A stretch of DNA of 64,000 nucleotides from Arenicellales bacterium. Lineage in GTDB: Bacteria > Pseudomonadota > Gammaproteobacteria > Arenicellales > JAHEKD01. Location: the NCBI GenBank assembly GCA_965204695.1, contig OZ242007.1:296480-360479 (forward strand), read 5' to 3'. Positions 9,877-20,765 of the stretch are shown here, in pieces. A program made the translations under genes and the position numbers. Position 1 is the first letter of the stretch, and each line of letters opens with the position of its first letter. The notes below the pieces were generated by a model, which saw nothing but the letters and a program-made list of their open reading frames with translations, was not told the DNA's origin and did not search any database.

Positions 9877-10091
9877 TGCATTTATTCATCCACGAGCATC
9901 TCTAATTCCTGTGTTCTTTCAGGTGCCCCGATCTGTTTCAAAATGTACGTCAAAACGAGCGATTGGATACATCTTTGACCTGTCAGGTTCGAATAGCACA
10001 ACAGATCCCTCGCAAGCCCGACATTGAGTTATAGTGTTGATAAGCTGGGATAAATCCGTGGTATTCTGTCGCTTACGCGAACGCTAATAAA
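9877..10091 (+). repeat. Dispersed non-coding repeat family A, copy 1 (MITE-like)
   Basis: Aligns with 14875-14995 (same strand) and 46660-46994 (opposite strand); shared core CCGTGGTATTCTGTCGCTTACGCGAACG. Confidence 0.8.
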
Positions 10092-10169
10092 CGTTACTGC
10101 AAAAAAATCTTCATGTTCATTTCCTTTGTTAATTTCATCAACTAGGAATATCATAATTCCAGAATTTTC

Positions 10170-10212
10170 TTGACATTTAATTGATAGGAAATAATAATGA
10201 AAACGCTTTCAT
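10170..10212 (+). promoter_or_regulatory. Sigma70 promoter overlapped by a LacI-type operator, upstream of the TRAP operon
   Basis: TTGACA (10170-10175), 17 bp, AATAAT (10193-10198); palindrome ATGAAAACGCTTTCAT (10197-10212) fits TGWAANCGNTTWCA. Confidence 0.7.
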
Positions 10213-10338
10213 AATTTATATTTTAGAATGCCATAACTGAATTATTAAAATATTGTTATACTATTTTAGTAATTTCATTTTTGATTTTTATTGTAAACCT
10301 TATTGCTGAGGAACAACCAACTACTAGAGGAAAGAAGA

Positions 10339-11325
10339 ATGTTGAAGTCTATTCGTATTTTTATTGCCGCATTACTTGTCTCGTTTCAAGCTATCGCCGA
10401 TGATCCGATCAAAATAAATATGAGTCTGGTTTTTACTGAGAACGAACTGTTAACTCAGGAATTGATCAAAGTGACCGATAAAATTCGGGAGCGCACTGAA
10501 GGTTCTGTGGACATCACGGTTTTCCCAGGAGGTCAATTACCGGTTTATAAAGACAATATGGAACAAGTTGTAAATGGAGCAAACTGGATTGCTGTTGAAG
10601 ATTTAACTTATCCTGGTGATTATGTACCAGATTTTGCTGCTTTAGCGGGCCCCATGCTTTACAACAGCTATGATGAATATGTTGCCATGATGGACACTGA
10701 TTTAGTTGCTGATTTGACTGCTCAGTTGGAAGCAAAAGGCATCAAAATACTGAACGCCGATTATATGTTTGGTTTCAGACACATGATTACTAACAAAGAT
10801 ATTAAAGCACCTGCAGACTTGGAAGGTTTAAAAATCAGAGTTCCTAAGAGTCAGCTTTTTATCAGCACATTGCAGGCTATGGGTGCTTCACCTACTGCAC
10901 TTCCCTTCCCTGAAACTTACGCAGGCGTTCAACAAGGTGTAGTTGACGGGCTTGAAGGTTCAATCTTAACGATGTATGGCACTAAAATTTACGAAGTCGC
11001 CAAGGTCATGTCACTGACAAAACACTTCCTTGGAACTGTTGGTCTTTACATATCTCCCCAAGTCTGGGACAAGCTATCAGCCGAACAACAACAAATCGTC
11101 ATGGAAGAAATCGAAGCTGGCGCTGCATCAAATAATGCTAATTTGGTTAAGCTTGACGAGGAATATATTGGCAAGCTTGAGGAACAAGGTGTGACCTTTG
11201 TCGAATCTGATACAGCCGCCTTCAATGACTTAACGGCTCCTGTTTATGGCGAGTTTCCTGAGTGGAGCGAAGGTATCCACGCTACTATCATGCAAGAACT
11301 CGAAAAAATTCGAAGCGGCAGTTAA
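10339..11325 (+). CDS. dctP: TRAP transporter substrate-binding protein
   Basis: Signal peptide, VFPGGQL, GFRHM, DLEGLKIRV, ETYAGVQQGVVDGLE. Confidence 0.92.
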   Translation: MLKSIRIFIAALLVSFQAIADDPIKINMSLVFTENELLTQELIKVTDKIRERTEGSVDITVFPGGQLPVYKDNMEQVVNGANWIAVEDLTYPGDYVPDFAALAGPMLYNSYDEYVAMMDTDLVADLTAQLEAKGIKILNADYMFGFRHMITNKDIKAPADLEGLKIRVPKSQLFISTLQAMGASPTALPFPETYAGVQQGVVDGLEGSILTMYGTKIYEVAKVMSLTKHFLGTVGLYISPQVWDKLSAEQQQIVMEEIEAGAASNNANLVKLDEEYIGKLEEQGVTFVESDTAAFNDLTAPVYGEFPEWSEGIHATIMQELEKIRSGS

Positions 11326-11424
11326 AAATTTAATGTCATGCCGGAGAGCTGGTGTGCTTTCCGGTAGTGTTATCCTAGATTCCGATAATGCCTATAGCGA
11401 GGGCTAGCAAGATTGTATTAATAC

Positions 11425-11901
11425 ATGGGGTTCCTACTTAAAAACTTAGAAGAAATTCTTGCTTCAATAGCCATTTCAATTACTGTTTTGATGGTTATTA
11501 CTAACGTAGTGCTACGTTATGGCTTCAACTTTGTTTTACCCTGGAGTGAGGAGTTATCAGTCATCTGCTTCATCTGGGCGACTTATTTGGGTATTAGTTC
11601 TTGTTACAAACACAAGTTGCACATGGGTGTTGATGTAATCTTATCGTTCCTGCCTAGTAAAACGATTATCCCCTTCAAACTCATTATTGCCTGCTTTTTA
11701 CTCGGATTAAATCTCTACATGGCTTACCTGAGCTATCAGTACACCATGTTATCCAGCAAGGTCACGCCGGTGATGGGCATGTCCTATTTTTCTATTAATG
11801 CTGTGCTAGTAGTGTGTTTTGCCCTGATGGCCATTCACACAGTTAGGTTTATTATTGAAGATATTAAGCTAATCAAAGCTGGTTCGGAACAGGCAAGTTG
11901 A
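11425..11901 (+). CDS. dctQ: TRAP transporter small permease
   Basis: Four TM segments, NVVLRY, WSEEL, HMGVD. Confidence 0.92.
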   Translation: MGFLLKNLEEILASIAISITVLMVITNVVLRYGFNFVLPWSEELSVICFIWATYLGISSCYKHKLHMGVDVILSFLPSKTIIPFKLIIACFLLGLNLYMAYLSYQYTMLSSKVTPVMGMSYFSINAVLVVCFALMAIHTVRFIIEDIKLIKAGSEQAS

Positions 11902-11902
11902 G

Positions 11903-13186
11903 ATGGAAGTTTATCTGCCAATTATAATTCTGTTTGCGCTTTTCCTGCTCAATGTACCCATTGCATTTTCCTTGATTGCTTCAGCGATGTACTATTTTTT
12001 GTTTATTAATGATTCATTGCCGACAACACTGGTCATGCAACGCTTCATCACATCCGCTGAATCATTTCCTCTGCTCGCGATTCCGTTTTTTATTATGGTG
12101 GGCTCGGTGATGAATTATTCAGGTATCAGTCGTAGCTTACTCGCCTTTGCAGATTCGTTAATAGGCCATAAAACCGGCGGTTTGGCACATGTCAATGTCA
12201 TTCTCAGCACCATGATGGGAGGAATTTCTGGCTCCGCAAATGCCGATGCTGCGATGCAGTCTAAAATATTGGCGCCGGAGATGACTAAACGTGGTTATGG
12301 TTTACCATTCACGGCAGCGGTCACTGCTGTATCATCGAGTATCAGCCCAGTTATTCCACCTGGAATTAACTTAATAATCTATGCTTTACTGGCGAGCGTT
12401 TCCGTACACCAAATGTTTATCGCTGGTTATGTCCCTGCATTATTAATGGCCTTGTCGTTAATGATTGCCATAACCATCATTGCCAACAAACGCAACTATA
12501 AACCTTCCAGGTCTGAACCAGCTTCAGCCAGTGAGCGATGGCATTGTTTTGCCAAAGCAATCCCTGCTTTGTTTATTCCTTTTGGCGTAATTCTGGGCAT
12601 GCGATTCGGTTTGTTCACCCCCACGGAAGCTGGTGCAATTGCCGTATTCTTATGTGCAATTATTGGTTTTGTTGTTTACAAGGAATTAAAGATCAGCCAT
12701 TTCCCTCAAATTCTTCGAGAAACTGTGCAAGGTACCAGTGCAGTGATGTTTATCATTATTGGAGCTCTTGTTTTTGGTTATTACATGACGCTAGAACAAA
12801 TCCCACACAGCATAGCCTCAGCATTAATTGCACTTACTGATAATAAATTCCTGCTTCTTCTATTAATAAACATACTATTACTGGTTGTCGGCATGTTCAT
12901 CGAGGGTGGCGCGGCAATGATAATTCTTACACCATTATTACTGCCTGCAGTGTTAAATCTGGACGTGGATCCAGTTCATTTTGGTGTCATTATTATCGTC
13001 AATATCATGATTGGGGGTGTTACACCACCATTCGGGTCTATGATGTTCACAGTCTGTTCTATTCTCAAAGTCAAAATTCTTGATTTCGTTAAAGAAGCCC
13101 TGCCGTTATTGTTTGCACTGCTAATTGTGCTGATGATTCTCACCTACTCAGAAGGTTTGGTAATGTTTTTGCCAAGATTGATCTAA
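11903..13186 (+). CDS. dctM: TRAP transporter large permease
   Basis: FPLLAIPFF, GISGSANAD, VIPPG, FTPTEAG, DPVHFG, TPPFG. Confidence 0.93.
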   Translation: MEVYLPIIILFALFLLNVPIAFSLIASAMYYFLFINDSLPTTLVMQRFITSAESFPLLAIPFFIMVGSVMNYSGISRSLLAFADSLIGHKTGGLAHVNVILSTMMGGISGSANADAAMQSKILAPEMTKRGYGLPFTAAVTAVSSSISPVIPPGINLIIYALLASVSVHQMFIAGYVPALLMALSLMIAITIIANKRNYKPSRSEPASASERWHCFAKAIPALFIPFGVILGMRFGLFTPTEAGAIAVFLCAIIGFVVYKELKISHFPQILRETVQGTSAVMFIIIGALVFGYYMTLEQIPHSIASALIALTDNKFLLLLLINILLLVVGMFIEGGAAMIILTPLLLPAVLNLDVDPVHFGVIIIVNIMIGGVTPPFGSMMFTVCSILKVKILDFVKEALPLLFALLIVLMILTYSEGLVMFLPRLI

Positions 13187-13259
13187 ATCTTCTAAGTCAA
13201 GATAGTTTCTTAACTCGTTTATCGGCATAATCCTCCGCCTTTGAATACCGGAATTCTTT

Positions 13260-14159
13260 ATGTGGTTTAGAAACCTCTATCTTTTTAAATTTGAAAATCC
13301 ATTTAACTTTAACGCTGAAGATTTACAAGCTGCCCTTGAAAAAAACCAATTAGATGCTTGCCCTCCCGGACAAAGGGAAACTCTTGGCTGGATATCCCCT
13401 TTTGGACGCAATAATGAGTTGTTAGTCTTAGCTAACCAAGGTTTTTATTTAATAAGAATGGCGAAACAGGAACGAATTCTCCCAGCTAGTGTTATTAAAG
13501 ACCATCTATTGGAACGAGTAGATCAAATTCAAATCGGACAAGGTCGTAAAGTTGGTGGCAAGGAACGGCGTGAAATTAAAGAAGAACTGGAATTTGAACT
13601 ATTACCCAAAGCATTTACCAAGACGTCTCATATCGATGCCTGGATTGACAGTAATAACTCCTGGCTAGTCATTAACACCAGTACTGCATCCAAAGCTGAA
13701 GCTTTAGTAAAGTTGCTGCAAAATTCACTGGGTAACTTATCAGTAACTTTACCTGAAACCGAATCTTCACCAGCTGCCACAATGACAAACTGGCTTTATC
13801 TCAATAAGCTTCCACGCGCTTTTGAGTTTGGTCATGAATGCTTGTTTAAATCAAGGGATGATCAAATGAGCACGGTGACGTTCAAAAAACACGAACTCTA
13901 TAGCAACGAAGTTCATCCTAATCTTGAAACTGGCAAGTTTGTAGCGCAAATAGAATTGATCTGGAGTCAAAAAATCAAATTTATACTGACAGAAGAGTTA
14001 GTTCTTAAACGTGTCAAATTTCTCGATGTCATGACAGATAATCTTGACAAACAAGGTTTTGAAACGAATGAAGAAAAAATAGATACAGAATTTGCCTTAA
14101 TGACAGGTGAAATAACACAACTGCTGGATGAGCTTATGCAAGAGCTCAATGGTAATTAG
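13260..14159 (+). CDS. rdgC: Recombination-associated protein RdgC
   Basis: MWFRNLYLF, GWISP, ERILPASVI, LLPKAF, DTEFALMTGE. Confidence 0.93.
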   Translation: MWFRNLYLFKFENPFNFNAEDLQAALEKNQLDACPPGQRETLGWISPFGRNNELLVLANQGFYLIRMAKQERILPASVIKDHLLERVDQIQIGQGRKVGGKERREIKEELEFELLPKAFTKTSHIDAWIDSNNSWLVINTSTASKAEALVKLLQNSLGNLSVTLPETESSPAATMTNWLYLNKLPRAFEFGHECLFKSRDDQMSTVTFKKHELYSNEVHPNLETGKFVAQIELIWSQKIKFILTEELVLKRVKFLDVMTDNLDKQGFETNEEKIDTEFALMTGEITQLLDELMQELNGN

Positions 14160-14283
14160 CAAAGTAGATTACTTAGCAAATAAAAAGTATCTTTACTGAA
14201 ATCTTGATGATGAGAAAAGTGGGCGGGCCGGGAATAGTCGCGGCTATTTATGCAACCCAACCAAGATGAAATAGCATTATTGC

Positions 14284-14664
14284 TTAAAACATTCTGCCCC
14301 GCTCAATAGTAGCAGGATAAACATTTCCCCTTCCATCGCTCCAAAGCAAAGTCTCAGCCTCTTTGCTCACATCATAACAAGCTTCAGTTTTACTTGGCGG
14401 CCACACTGAACAGTAACGGCCTTGTTCGTTAATTCGCCAAGTTCCAAAGGTGGGTCGTTTACCTTCTTCTTGGTAAATAGTCCGCCCGTTTGGATCAAAA
14501 TATTGTTGATAAACAGTTTCGCCCCAAATGCCGTTCATGGTATTGCCTGACAACAATTGTTTGAATTCATCGGCTGTCATTGTTACTGGTGCCTTATTCT
14601 GGTTCCAATAAAATCCCAATGCGACAATAAAAATCACTAACAATATAAGCAAGTTTCTTTTCAA
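14284..14664 (-). CDS. Small exported or membrane-anchored hypothetical protein
   Basis: N-terminal TM segment, then LLSGNT...QYFDPNG.T.Y...G.W.....YCSVWP; TTG start with GGAG RBS. Confidence 0.7.
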   Translation of the reverse strand: MKRNLLILLVIFIVALGFYWNQNKAPVTMTADEFKQLLSGNTMNGIWGETVYQQYFDPNGRTIYQEEGKRPTFGTWRINEQGRYCSVWPPSKTEACYDVSKEAETLLWSDGRGNVYPATIERGRMF

Positions 14665-14692
14665 GCCGGACTCCGATTTTTAATCGCTAGCG

Positions 14693-14822
14693 AGGGTTGG
14701 CTTGCCACGGGATAACATGCAAAGTAAATAGATACCTCCTGGGAGTTTCATTTAACAACAATTTCATCCTGAAAGAACACGTAACACAGTTCAATAGATT
14801 CCCCCGGCTAAAGCCGGGGTAC
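14693..14822. repeat. Repeat family B (REP/IS200-type hairpin remnants), copy 1
   Basis: GGCTTGCCACGGGATAACATGCAAAG and AATAGATTCCCCCGGCTAAAGCCGGGGTA recur, with one segment inverted, at 29095-29170. Confidence 0.6.
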
Positions 14823-14874
14823 TAACCGTAACAGTCCTTGCGGGTTGATACAATGAACATCACATCTTAAATCA

Positions 14875-14995
14875 TGTGTGTGATGTTCAATCTATATACA
14901 CTCATTCATCCGCGGGCAAGCTCGGCATTGAATTATAGTGTTGAAGAGCCGGGACAAGCCCGTGGTATTCTGTCGCTTACGCGAACGTTCATAAA
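14875..14995 (+). repeat. Repeat family A, copy 2 (internally deleted)
   Basis: Both ends match copies 1 and 3; the central ~115 bp are missing. Confidence 0.75.
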
Positions 14996-15189
14996 TCATT
15001 TGACATTCTGTCAGATAATAGTAGCCTACATGTAATGCCTTGACACAGAGTTTTTTTAACAGTGAATAATTACATAGTTCCCAATTCACGCCGTCATCTA
15101 AAGCACGACCTAGTGGTCTGACTACTCTTTGTTTTTTTCCTTGCTATATCAAGCAAGTCTTGTTTATTTCCTTTTAACTGTTCAGGGTT

Positions 15190-17283
15190 TTGAGTATGCA
15201 ACCAACAATCAGCGCGGCTATCGACATTGGTGGAACATTCACTGACACGGCACTGGCTATTCCAGGGCAATCTTATTTAATAACAGCAAAAAATCCCACC
15301 ACACCACAAGACCCGACATTGGGAGCGCTAGAGGGATTAAGATCTGCGCTAGACCAGACGCAAATTAATGCTGGCCAGATCACCAGGTTTATTCATGGCA
15401 CTACGCTCGCGACGAATGCCCTAATAGAACGTCGTGGTGCAGAAACTGCAGTGATTACAACTGAAGGTTTTAGAGACATATTGGAAATTGCTTATGAAAG
15501 GCGATATTCCCAATATGACATCATGTTGCAAAAACCGGACTTGATCGTTCCACGCTCACGCTGCTTTACAGTTAAAGAAAGATTAAATGTTCACGGTGAG
15601 ATACTTGAGCCACTGGACCCGCAAAGTGTCAGTGCAGTAGTAGAACAAATTGACTGCGCTGGTGTGCAGGCACTGGCGATATGCTTATTACATTCCTATG
15701 CCAACCCGATCCATGAACAGCAATTACGGGACGAAATTCTTAAGCACCTGCCTGATTTATATATTTCTCTTTCAAGCGAAGTCAGTCCAGAAGCAAGAGA
15801 ATTCGAACGCTTATGCACAACCGTTGCCAATGCTTATTTACAACCGCTTATGGTTGAATACTTAACACGCTTCGAAGATGAATTTAAAAAACTGGGACTA
15901 AATAGTCCGATCCTGATGATGACATCTTCAGCCGGAATGACGACTTTGGAAACAGCTCGTAAATTTCCTATCCGTCTGGTTGAATCTGGTCCATCAGGTG
16001 GCGCCGTAATGGCAGCTAAAGTAGCTTGCCAGAGTCAACTTGATAAAGTCCTCTCCTTCGACATGGGCGGCACAACCGCAAAACTCTGTTTAATCAGTAA
16101 CTACACGCCCAAGACAGCACGTAACTTCGAAGTGAACAGAGCAGCTCGATTTATCAAAGGCAGTGGTATGCCAGTGCGTATTCCGGTAGTTGAAATGATC
16201 GAGATCGGTGCAGGTGGTGGCTCTTATGCCGGAATTGATCGATTAAACCGAATTACAATCGGCCCTGAAAGCGCTGGCTCTGAACCAGGGCCGGCTGGTT
16301 TTGACCGTGGTGGCACTATTGCCACTGTGACGGATGCAGATATTTCACTGGGCTATATTGACCCGACTCTATTTGCTGAAAAACGCTTAACCCTGGATAA
16401 GACTAAAGCGCAAAAAGCCGTAGATAAGACTATCGGTAACCCGCTTAAATTAAATACTGACCAAGCTGCCTATGGTATTAGTCAAATTGTCGATGAAAAC
16501 ATGGCCAGCGCTGGCAGAATGCATGCAGTTGAATCCGGTGTCGATATAGGAACTCGAACAATGATTGCATTCGGAGGCAATGGGCCTCTTCATGCGACCC
16601 GAGTTGCTCGGCGTTGTAATGTAGATAAAATTGTTATTCCCCTTAACCCTGGAGTTGGTTCAGCCGTAGGATTCCTTGATGCACCAGTTTCCTTTGAAAT
16701 CATTCGTAGCCAGTATTCATTGTTAAACAGTATTGATATAACGACCATCAATTCATTGCTAAAAGATATGCTTGGCCAAGCCCGGGAGGTCGTGAGGCGC
16801 GGCGCACCTAATACTGAATTACAAGCTAGCTGTTCGGCCTTTATGCGCTATCATGGCCAGGGCCACGAAATTGAAATTCCATTACTGGGTAAGCAATTAA
16901 CCGCTGAAGAATTACCCGAATTACTAGAAAAATTCGAAGCCGAATATGCATTTCAGTATTCACGTGTGGTACCAAACATGGACATCGAAATTCTCAACTG
17001 GGCAGTTAAAGTCAATACAGAAGATAACCCTCCAGAGCCGTTATCAAATATAAGTAACAATCAAGAAATTCGAACTTCTGAAACCCGAACAATAATTTGT
17101 GATCATCGGTCCGAGCCAGTTACTGCCAAGATCTATCATCGTCATGAATTAAATCCCGGTGATTATTTTGCCGGTCCAGCATTGGTGATCGAGCCACAAA
17201 CAACGACACTAGTAAGTAGTGATTATGATGCTCACATTGATAACGCTTTAAATATCATCATGACCAAGAAGGAGAACTCATAA
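15190..17283 (+). CDS. Hydantoinase A/5-oxoprolinase-family ATP-dependent subunit
   Basis: IDIGGTFTD, HGTTLATNALIER, ESGPSGG, FDMGGTTAK, EIGAGGGS, MRYHGQGHE. Confidence 0.93.
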   Translation: MSMQPTISAAIDIGGTFTDTALAIPGQSYLITAKNPTTPQDPTLGALEGLRSALDQTQINAGQITRFIHGTTLATNALIERRGAETAVITTEGFRDILEIAYERRYSQYDIMLQKPDLIVPRSRCFTVKERLNVHGEILEPLDPQSVSAVVEQIDCAGVQALAICLLHSYANPIHEQQLRDEILKHLPDLYISLSSEVSPEAREFERLCTTVANAYLQPLMVEYLTRFEDEFKKLGLNSPILMMTSSAGMTTLETARKFPIRLVESGPSGGAVMAAKVACQSQLDKVLSFDMGGTTAKLCLISNYTPKTARNFEVNRAARFIKGSGMPVRIPVVEMIEIGAGGGSYAGIDRLNRITIGPESAGSEPGPAGFDRGGTIATVTDADISLGYIDPTLFAEKRLTLDKTKAQKAVDKTIGNPLKLNTDQAAYGISQIVDENMASAGRMHAVESGVDIGTRTMIAFGGNGPLHATRVARRCNVDKIVIPLNPGVGSAVGFLDAPVSFEIIRSQYSLLNSIDITTINSLLKDMLGQAREVVRRGAPNTELQASCSAFMRYHGQGHEIEIPLLGKQLTAEELPELLEKFEAEYAFQYSRVVPNMDIEILNWAVKVNTEDNPPEPLSNISNNQEIRTSETRTIICDHRSEPVTAKIYHRHELNPGDYFAGPALVIEPQTTTLVSSDYDAHIDNALNIIMTKKENS

Positions 17284-18929
17284 TGGCACAGACTAAAACT
17301 GATTTACAAGTCATGTGGGATCGATTACTGGGAGTCGTTGAAGAACAAGGGCAGGCTTTGATTCGTGCGGCTTTCAGCCCGATTGTTCGTGAATGCGGTG
17401 ATATTTCTGCCGGTATTTTCAATCTTCAGGGTGACATGTTGGCGCAGGCTGTTACCGGCACCCCTGGGCATATTAACACCATGGCCGAAGCCGTTAAAAT
17501 TCTGATGAAGCATTTTCCAGTTGAACAAATGAAGCCCAATGAAATTTATATGACCAATGACCCATGGATTGCTTCCGGTCATTTAAATGATTTTCTTTTG
17601 TTACAACCAGCCTTTTTAAGCGGCAAAGTCGTCGGTTTCAGTGCTTGTACTTCGCATCTGTTTGATCTTGGTGGCAAAGGCATGGGGCCGGATGGCACAG
17701 ATATTTATGATGAAGGTTTGTTTATCCCTCCATGTAAGTTGTTAGAAAATGGCGAAGTCAACCAACTATTGCTGGATATCATCAAAGTTAATTCTCGCGA
17801 ACCGATTGCCAATGAAGGCGATATTTACGCCTTGATTGCCTGTTGCGAAACCGGTGTTACCCAATTATTAAATATGATGAGTGAATTCAATCTTAGTGAT
17901 TTGGATGAGCTCTCTAAACACATCATTGAAACCTCAAGAACAGCCACCATTGAATCAATTCAGGAACTGCCACAGAGCACTTATAAATATGTTTTGCCCG
18001 TTGATGGCTATGAAAAAGAAATCGAATTGCATGCCACCATGACCATTACTGATCGGGATATACAAGTTGATTTCACTGGAACTTCAAGCTGTTCTAAATA
18101 CGGAATTAATGTTCCGCTTAATTACACCACGGCCTATTGCGTTTTTGCTATGCGTTGTTTAATCGCATCAGATATCCCGAATAACGCCGGCTCATTAGCA
18201 CCTTTTATGGTGACTGGCCCGGAAGATTGTATCTTGAACGCACAGCACCCCTCGCCTGTTGCTATGCGGCATACATTAGGACAAATGACCCCAGATTTAA
18301 TGTTTGGCTGTTTGCATCAGGCTATACCCGATCGTGTTCCGGCGGAAGGAGCATCGTGTATGTATGACGTGCCTTTACGCCATGCACCGGAAGTAACGCG
18401 TAATGGTGGTAAACCATTCGGCATTGAACTTACACATAACGGTGGTACAGGTGCAAGGCCGGGGCTTGATGGTTTATCCGCAACGGCGTTTCCAAGCGGT
18501 GTCTGGGGTTCACAAGTTGAAATTAGTGAGAGCGTAACGCCTATTCTTATTAAACGGCGTGAATTAATTGCCGACAGCGGCGGCGCTGGTCAATATCGTG
18601 GAGGATTAGGACAGCGCATCGAACTTACTCCAGCTACGAATGATGCATTCGTTGTTTTTCTTTCTGTTGAAAGAATGAAATACGCTGCCCAAGGTCGTCA
18701 AGGAGGTCGTGCTGGCAGGGCCGGTAAAATAAGCATGGATTGTGGCAAAATAATTCCAGGCAAGGGTGAATTTCGAGTTAATCCCGGTGAAACCATGATT
18801 GTTGAGACTCCCGGTGGAGGCGGGATTGGAGATCCAACGGCACGTAACAAAGCCTCTATACTCTCGGACTTGGACAATGAATTGATTACCCCTGAATCAT
18901 CCCAATCAACTTATAGTCTGGAAGTTTAA
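17283..18929 (+). CDS. Hydantoinase B/oxoprolinase-family subunit
   Basis: AFSPIVRE, TNDPW..SGHLND, HLFDLGG, DSGGAGQYRGG, ETPGGGG.GDP. Confidence 0.93.
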   Translation: MAQTKTDLQVMWDRLLGVVEEQGQALIRAAFSPIVRECGDISAGIFNLQGDMLAQAVTGTPGHINTMAEAVKILMKHFPVEQMKPNEIYMTNDPWIASGHLNDFLLLQPAFLSGKVVGFSACTSHLFDLGGKGMGPDGTDIYDEGLFIPPCKLLENGEVNQLLLDIIKVNSREPIANEGDIYALIACCETGVTQLLNMMSEFNLSDLDELSKHIIETSRTATIESIQELPQSTYKYVLPVDGYEKEIELHATMTITDRDIQVDFTGTSSCSKYGINVPLNYTTAYCVFAMRCLIASDIPNNAGSLAPFMVTGPEDCILNAQHPSPVAMRHTLGQMTPDLMFGCLHQAIPDRVPAEGASCMYDVPLRHAPEVTRNGGKPFGIELTHNGGTGARPGLDGLSATAFPSGVWGSQVEISESVTPILIKRRELIADSGGAGQYRGGLGQRIELTPATNDAFVVFLSVERMKYAAQGRQGGRAGRAGKISMDCGKIIPGKGEFRVNPGETMIVETPGGGGIGDPTARNKASILSDLDNELITPESSQSTYSLEV

Positions 18930-18931
18930 TC

Positions 18932-20020
18932 ATGAAGATCACCCCAAACCAGAATATCGACGTATTGGCTCCATACGTGTTAGCTGACCTATCCGTTCCT
19001 GAAGGTAAGTCCTTAATTTCTCTGGCCCAAAACGAACTGTGTTTTGAACCAACGCCAAAGGTAGTCAATGCGGTGTCTCAAGCTTCTTATGATTTACAGC
19101 TTTATCCTGATCCAGACTGGTCTGAGTTAACCGAAAGTATCGCACAAGTTCATGACTTAGAACCCAAACAGATTTTATGTGGTGCTGGTTCAATGGAACT
19201 GCTTGAGGTTCTCGGTCGTGTGTATTTATCTACTGGCAATCAAGTTGTAATGAGCGAATACGGTTATTCATTTTTTAAAACTGTCGCTCAGATGTATGGA
19301 GCGGCTGTTGACATTGCTGAGGAAATCAACTTTAAGGTTGATATCGATAAACTCCTGCAACGAGTCAATTCAAATACAAAAATCGTATTTATCGCGAATC
19401 CAGCGAATCCAACCGGAACTTTGATTAGTGCGAATGAAATAAGGCGGCTCAGAGAGGGACTTAAGAATAATATCTTACTTATCCTAGATGAAGCATATGC
19501 TGAGTTTACCGATGAGAAAGACCACCCGCCATTATTTGACTTGGTTGATCTAGGTAACACAGTTGTGCTGCGTACTTTTTCAAAAATTTATGGATTAGCA
19601 GGTCTACGAGTCGGCTGGGGTTATTTTCCACCTGATATTTACGTGGGTATGCGTAAAGTTTTAAATCCAAATAACATCTCAGCTCCTTCGCAAGCTGGCG
19701 CTACAACCGCCATGCAACAACAGGATGTCGTCAAACAACGAAAAAACACTATTGATGTGATAAGAACAAATTTCTGTACAAACTTAAAAGCGCTTGGACT
19801 TCAAGTACCCCAAAGCTACAGTAATTTTGTACTTATCAATTTTAAAGACGAACTAAAAGCCCAAACTTGTTTTAAGGCTTTACGTGCACAAGGGATAATG
19901 ATGCGGCCCATGGGCGCTTATGGTTTGACTCATTGTTTGCGTGCAACCCTGTCTACTCTGGAACACATGAATCTTACGATTCAACATTTGACCGGTATAC
20001 TTGAGGAACTTGAATCATGA
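18932..20020 (+). CDS. HisC-like PLP aminotransferase (catabolic paralog)
   Basis: ANPANPTG, DEAYAE, RTFSKIYGLAGLRVGW. Confidence 0.88.
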   Translation: MKITPNQNIDVLAPYVLADLSVPEGKSLISLAQNELCFEPTPKVVNAVSQASYDLQLYPDPDWSELTESIAQVHDLEPKQILCGAGSMELLEVLGRVYLSTGNQVVMSEYGYSFFKTVAQMYGAAVDIAEEINFKVDIDKLLQRVNSNTKIVFIANPANPTGTLISANEIRRLREGLKNNILLILDEAYAEFTDEKDHPPLFDLVDLGNTVVLRTFSKIYGLAGLRVGWGYFPPDIYVGMRKVLNPNNISAPSQAGATTAMQQQDVVKQRKNTIDVIRTNFCTNLKALGLQVPQSYSNFVLINFKDELKAQTCFKALRAQGIMMRPMGAYGLTHCLRATLSTLEHMNLTIQHLTGILEELES

Positions 20021-20760
20021 ATTGGCCATCACGCGGTCGTGCCCGTATTGGAATACTGGTACCGTTTACTAACACCAACCTTGAAGCGGACATGGCTATG
20101 CTCCGCCCGCCTGGAGTAACTATGCATTACGCCAGATTAGGTGGCTATGACATGGATCAAATCCCCGATGAAAACCAGATGGCAAACCTGGGGGCATCTG
20201 ATCTGTCTGAACCACTTAGACTTCTGGCAGGTGTTAAGCCTGATGTAATCATGTACGGTTGTACTTCAGCAACTTTGACACATGGCCCAGAATTTGATTT
20301 AGAATTATCTCATAACATATTGAATAAATGGAATATTCCTACTGTTACAGCAGCTAACTCATTGGTTTGTGCCTTAAAAGCTCTAGATATTGAGAAAATT
20401 GGTTTTGCTTCTCCTTACGTTGAAAACATTAATAAAGATGCGATTGAATTCTTAAACAAAAGCGGTTTTGAAACTGTCTCCAGTGCTCATGTCGAAGATG
20501 AATTGGATAATTACGGACAAGGTAATTTAACACCAGAAAAAGTTTGCGAACTGGCAAGACAGTCTGACTGCGATCAAGCACAGGTAATTGTTTTATCATG
20601 CACTGACATGAGGGCTGTTGAAGTGGTTGATCAACTGGAAGCCGAACTAGGCAAACCGATTATTACTTCTAATCAGGCTATGCTATTTAATGCTCTTAGG
20701 CATATTAACGTGGCAGCCAATGAAATTGATTGTGGGATACTGTTCAAAAATAGAGTTTAA
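20017..20760 (+). CDS. Asp/Glu racemase, maleate-isomerase (EutA/AMDase-like) family protein
   Basis: IGILVPFTNTNLEAD, YGCTS, LSCTDM (two catalytic Cys), ITSNQA. Confidence 0.85.
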   Translation: MNWPSRGRARIGILVPFTNTNLEADMAMLRPPGVTMHYARLGGYDMDQIPDENQMANLGASDLSEPLRLLAGVKPDVIMYGCTSATLTHGPEFDLELSHNILNKWNIPTVTAANSLVCALKALDIEKIGFASPYVENINKDAIEFLNKSGFETVSSAHVEDELDNYGQGNLTPEKVCELARQSDCDQAQVIVLSCTDMRAVEVVDQLEAELGKPIITSNQAMLFNALRHINVAANEIDCGILFKNRV

Positions 20761-20765
20761 TTATT

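Noticed and set aside
9775-9978. 67-aa ORF, and 14892-15089 (65 aa)
   Set aside because: Both run through the family A non-coding repeat, and the frames are not conserved among copies.
18932-20020. Housekeeping hisC call (and dapA for 52397-53311)
   Set aside because: Both sit in catabolic operons away from his/dap genes and are divergent, so gene symbols were withheld.
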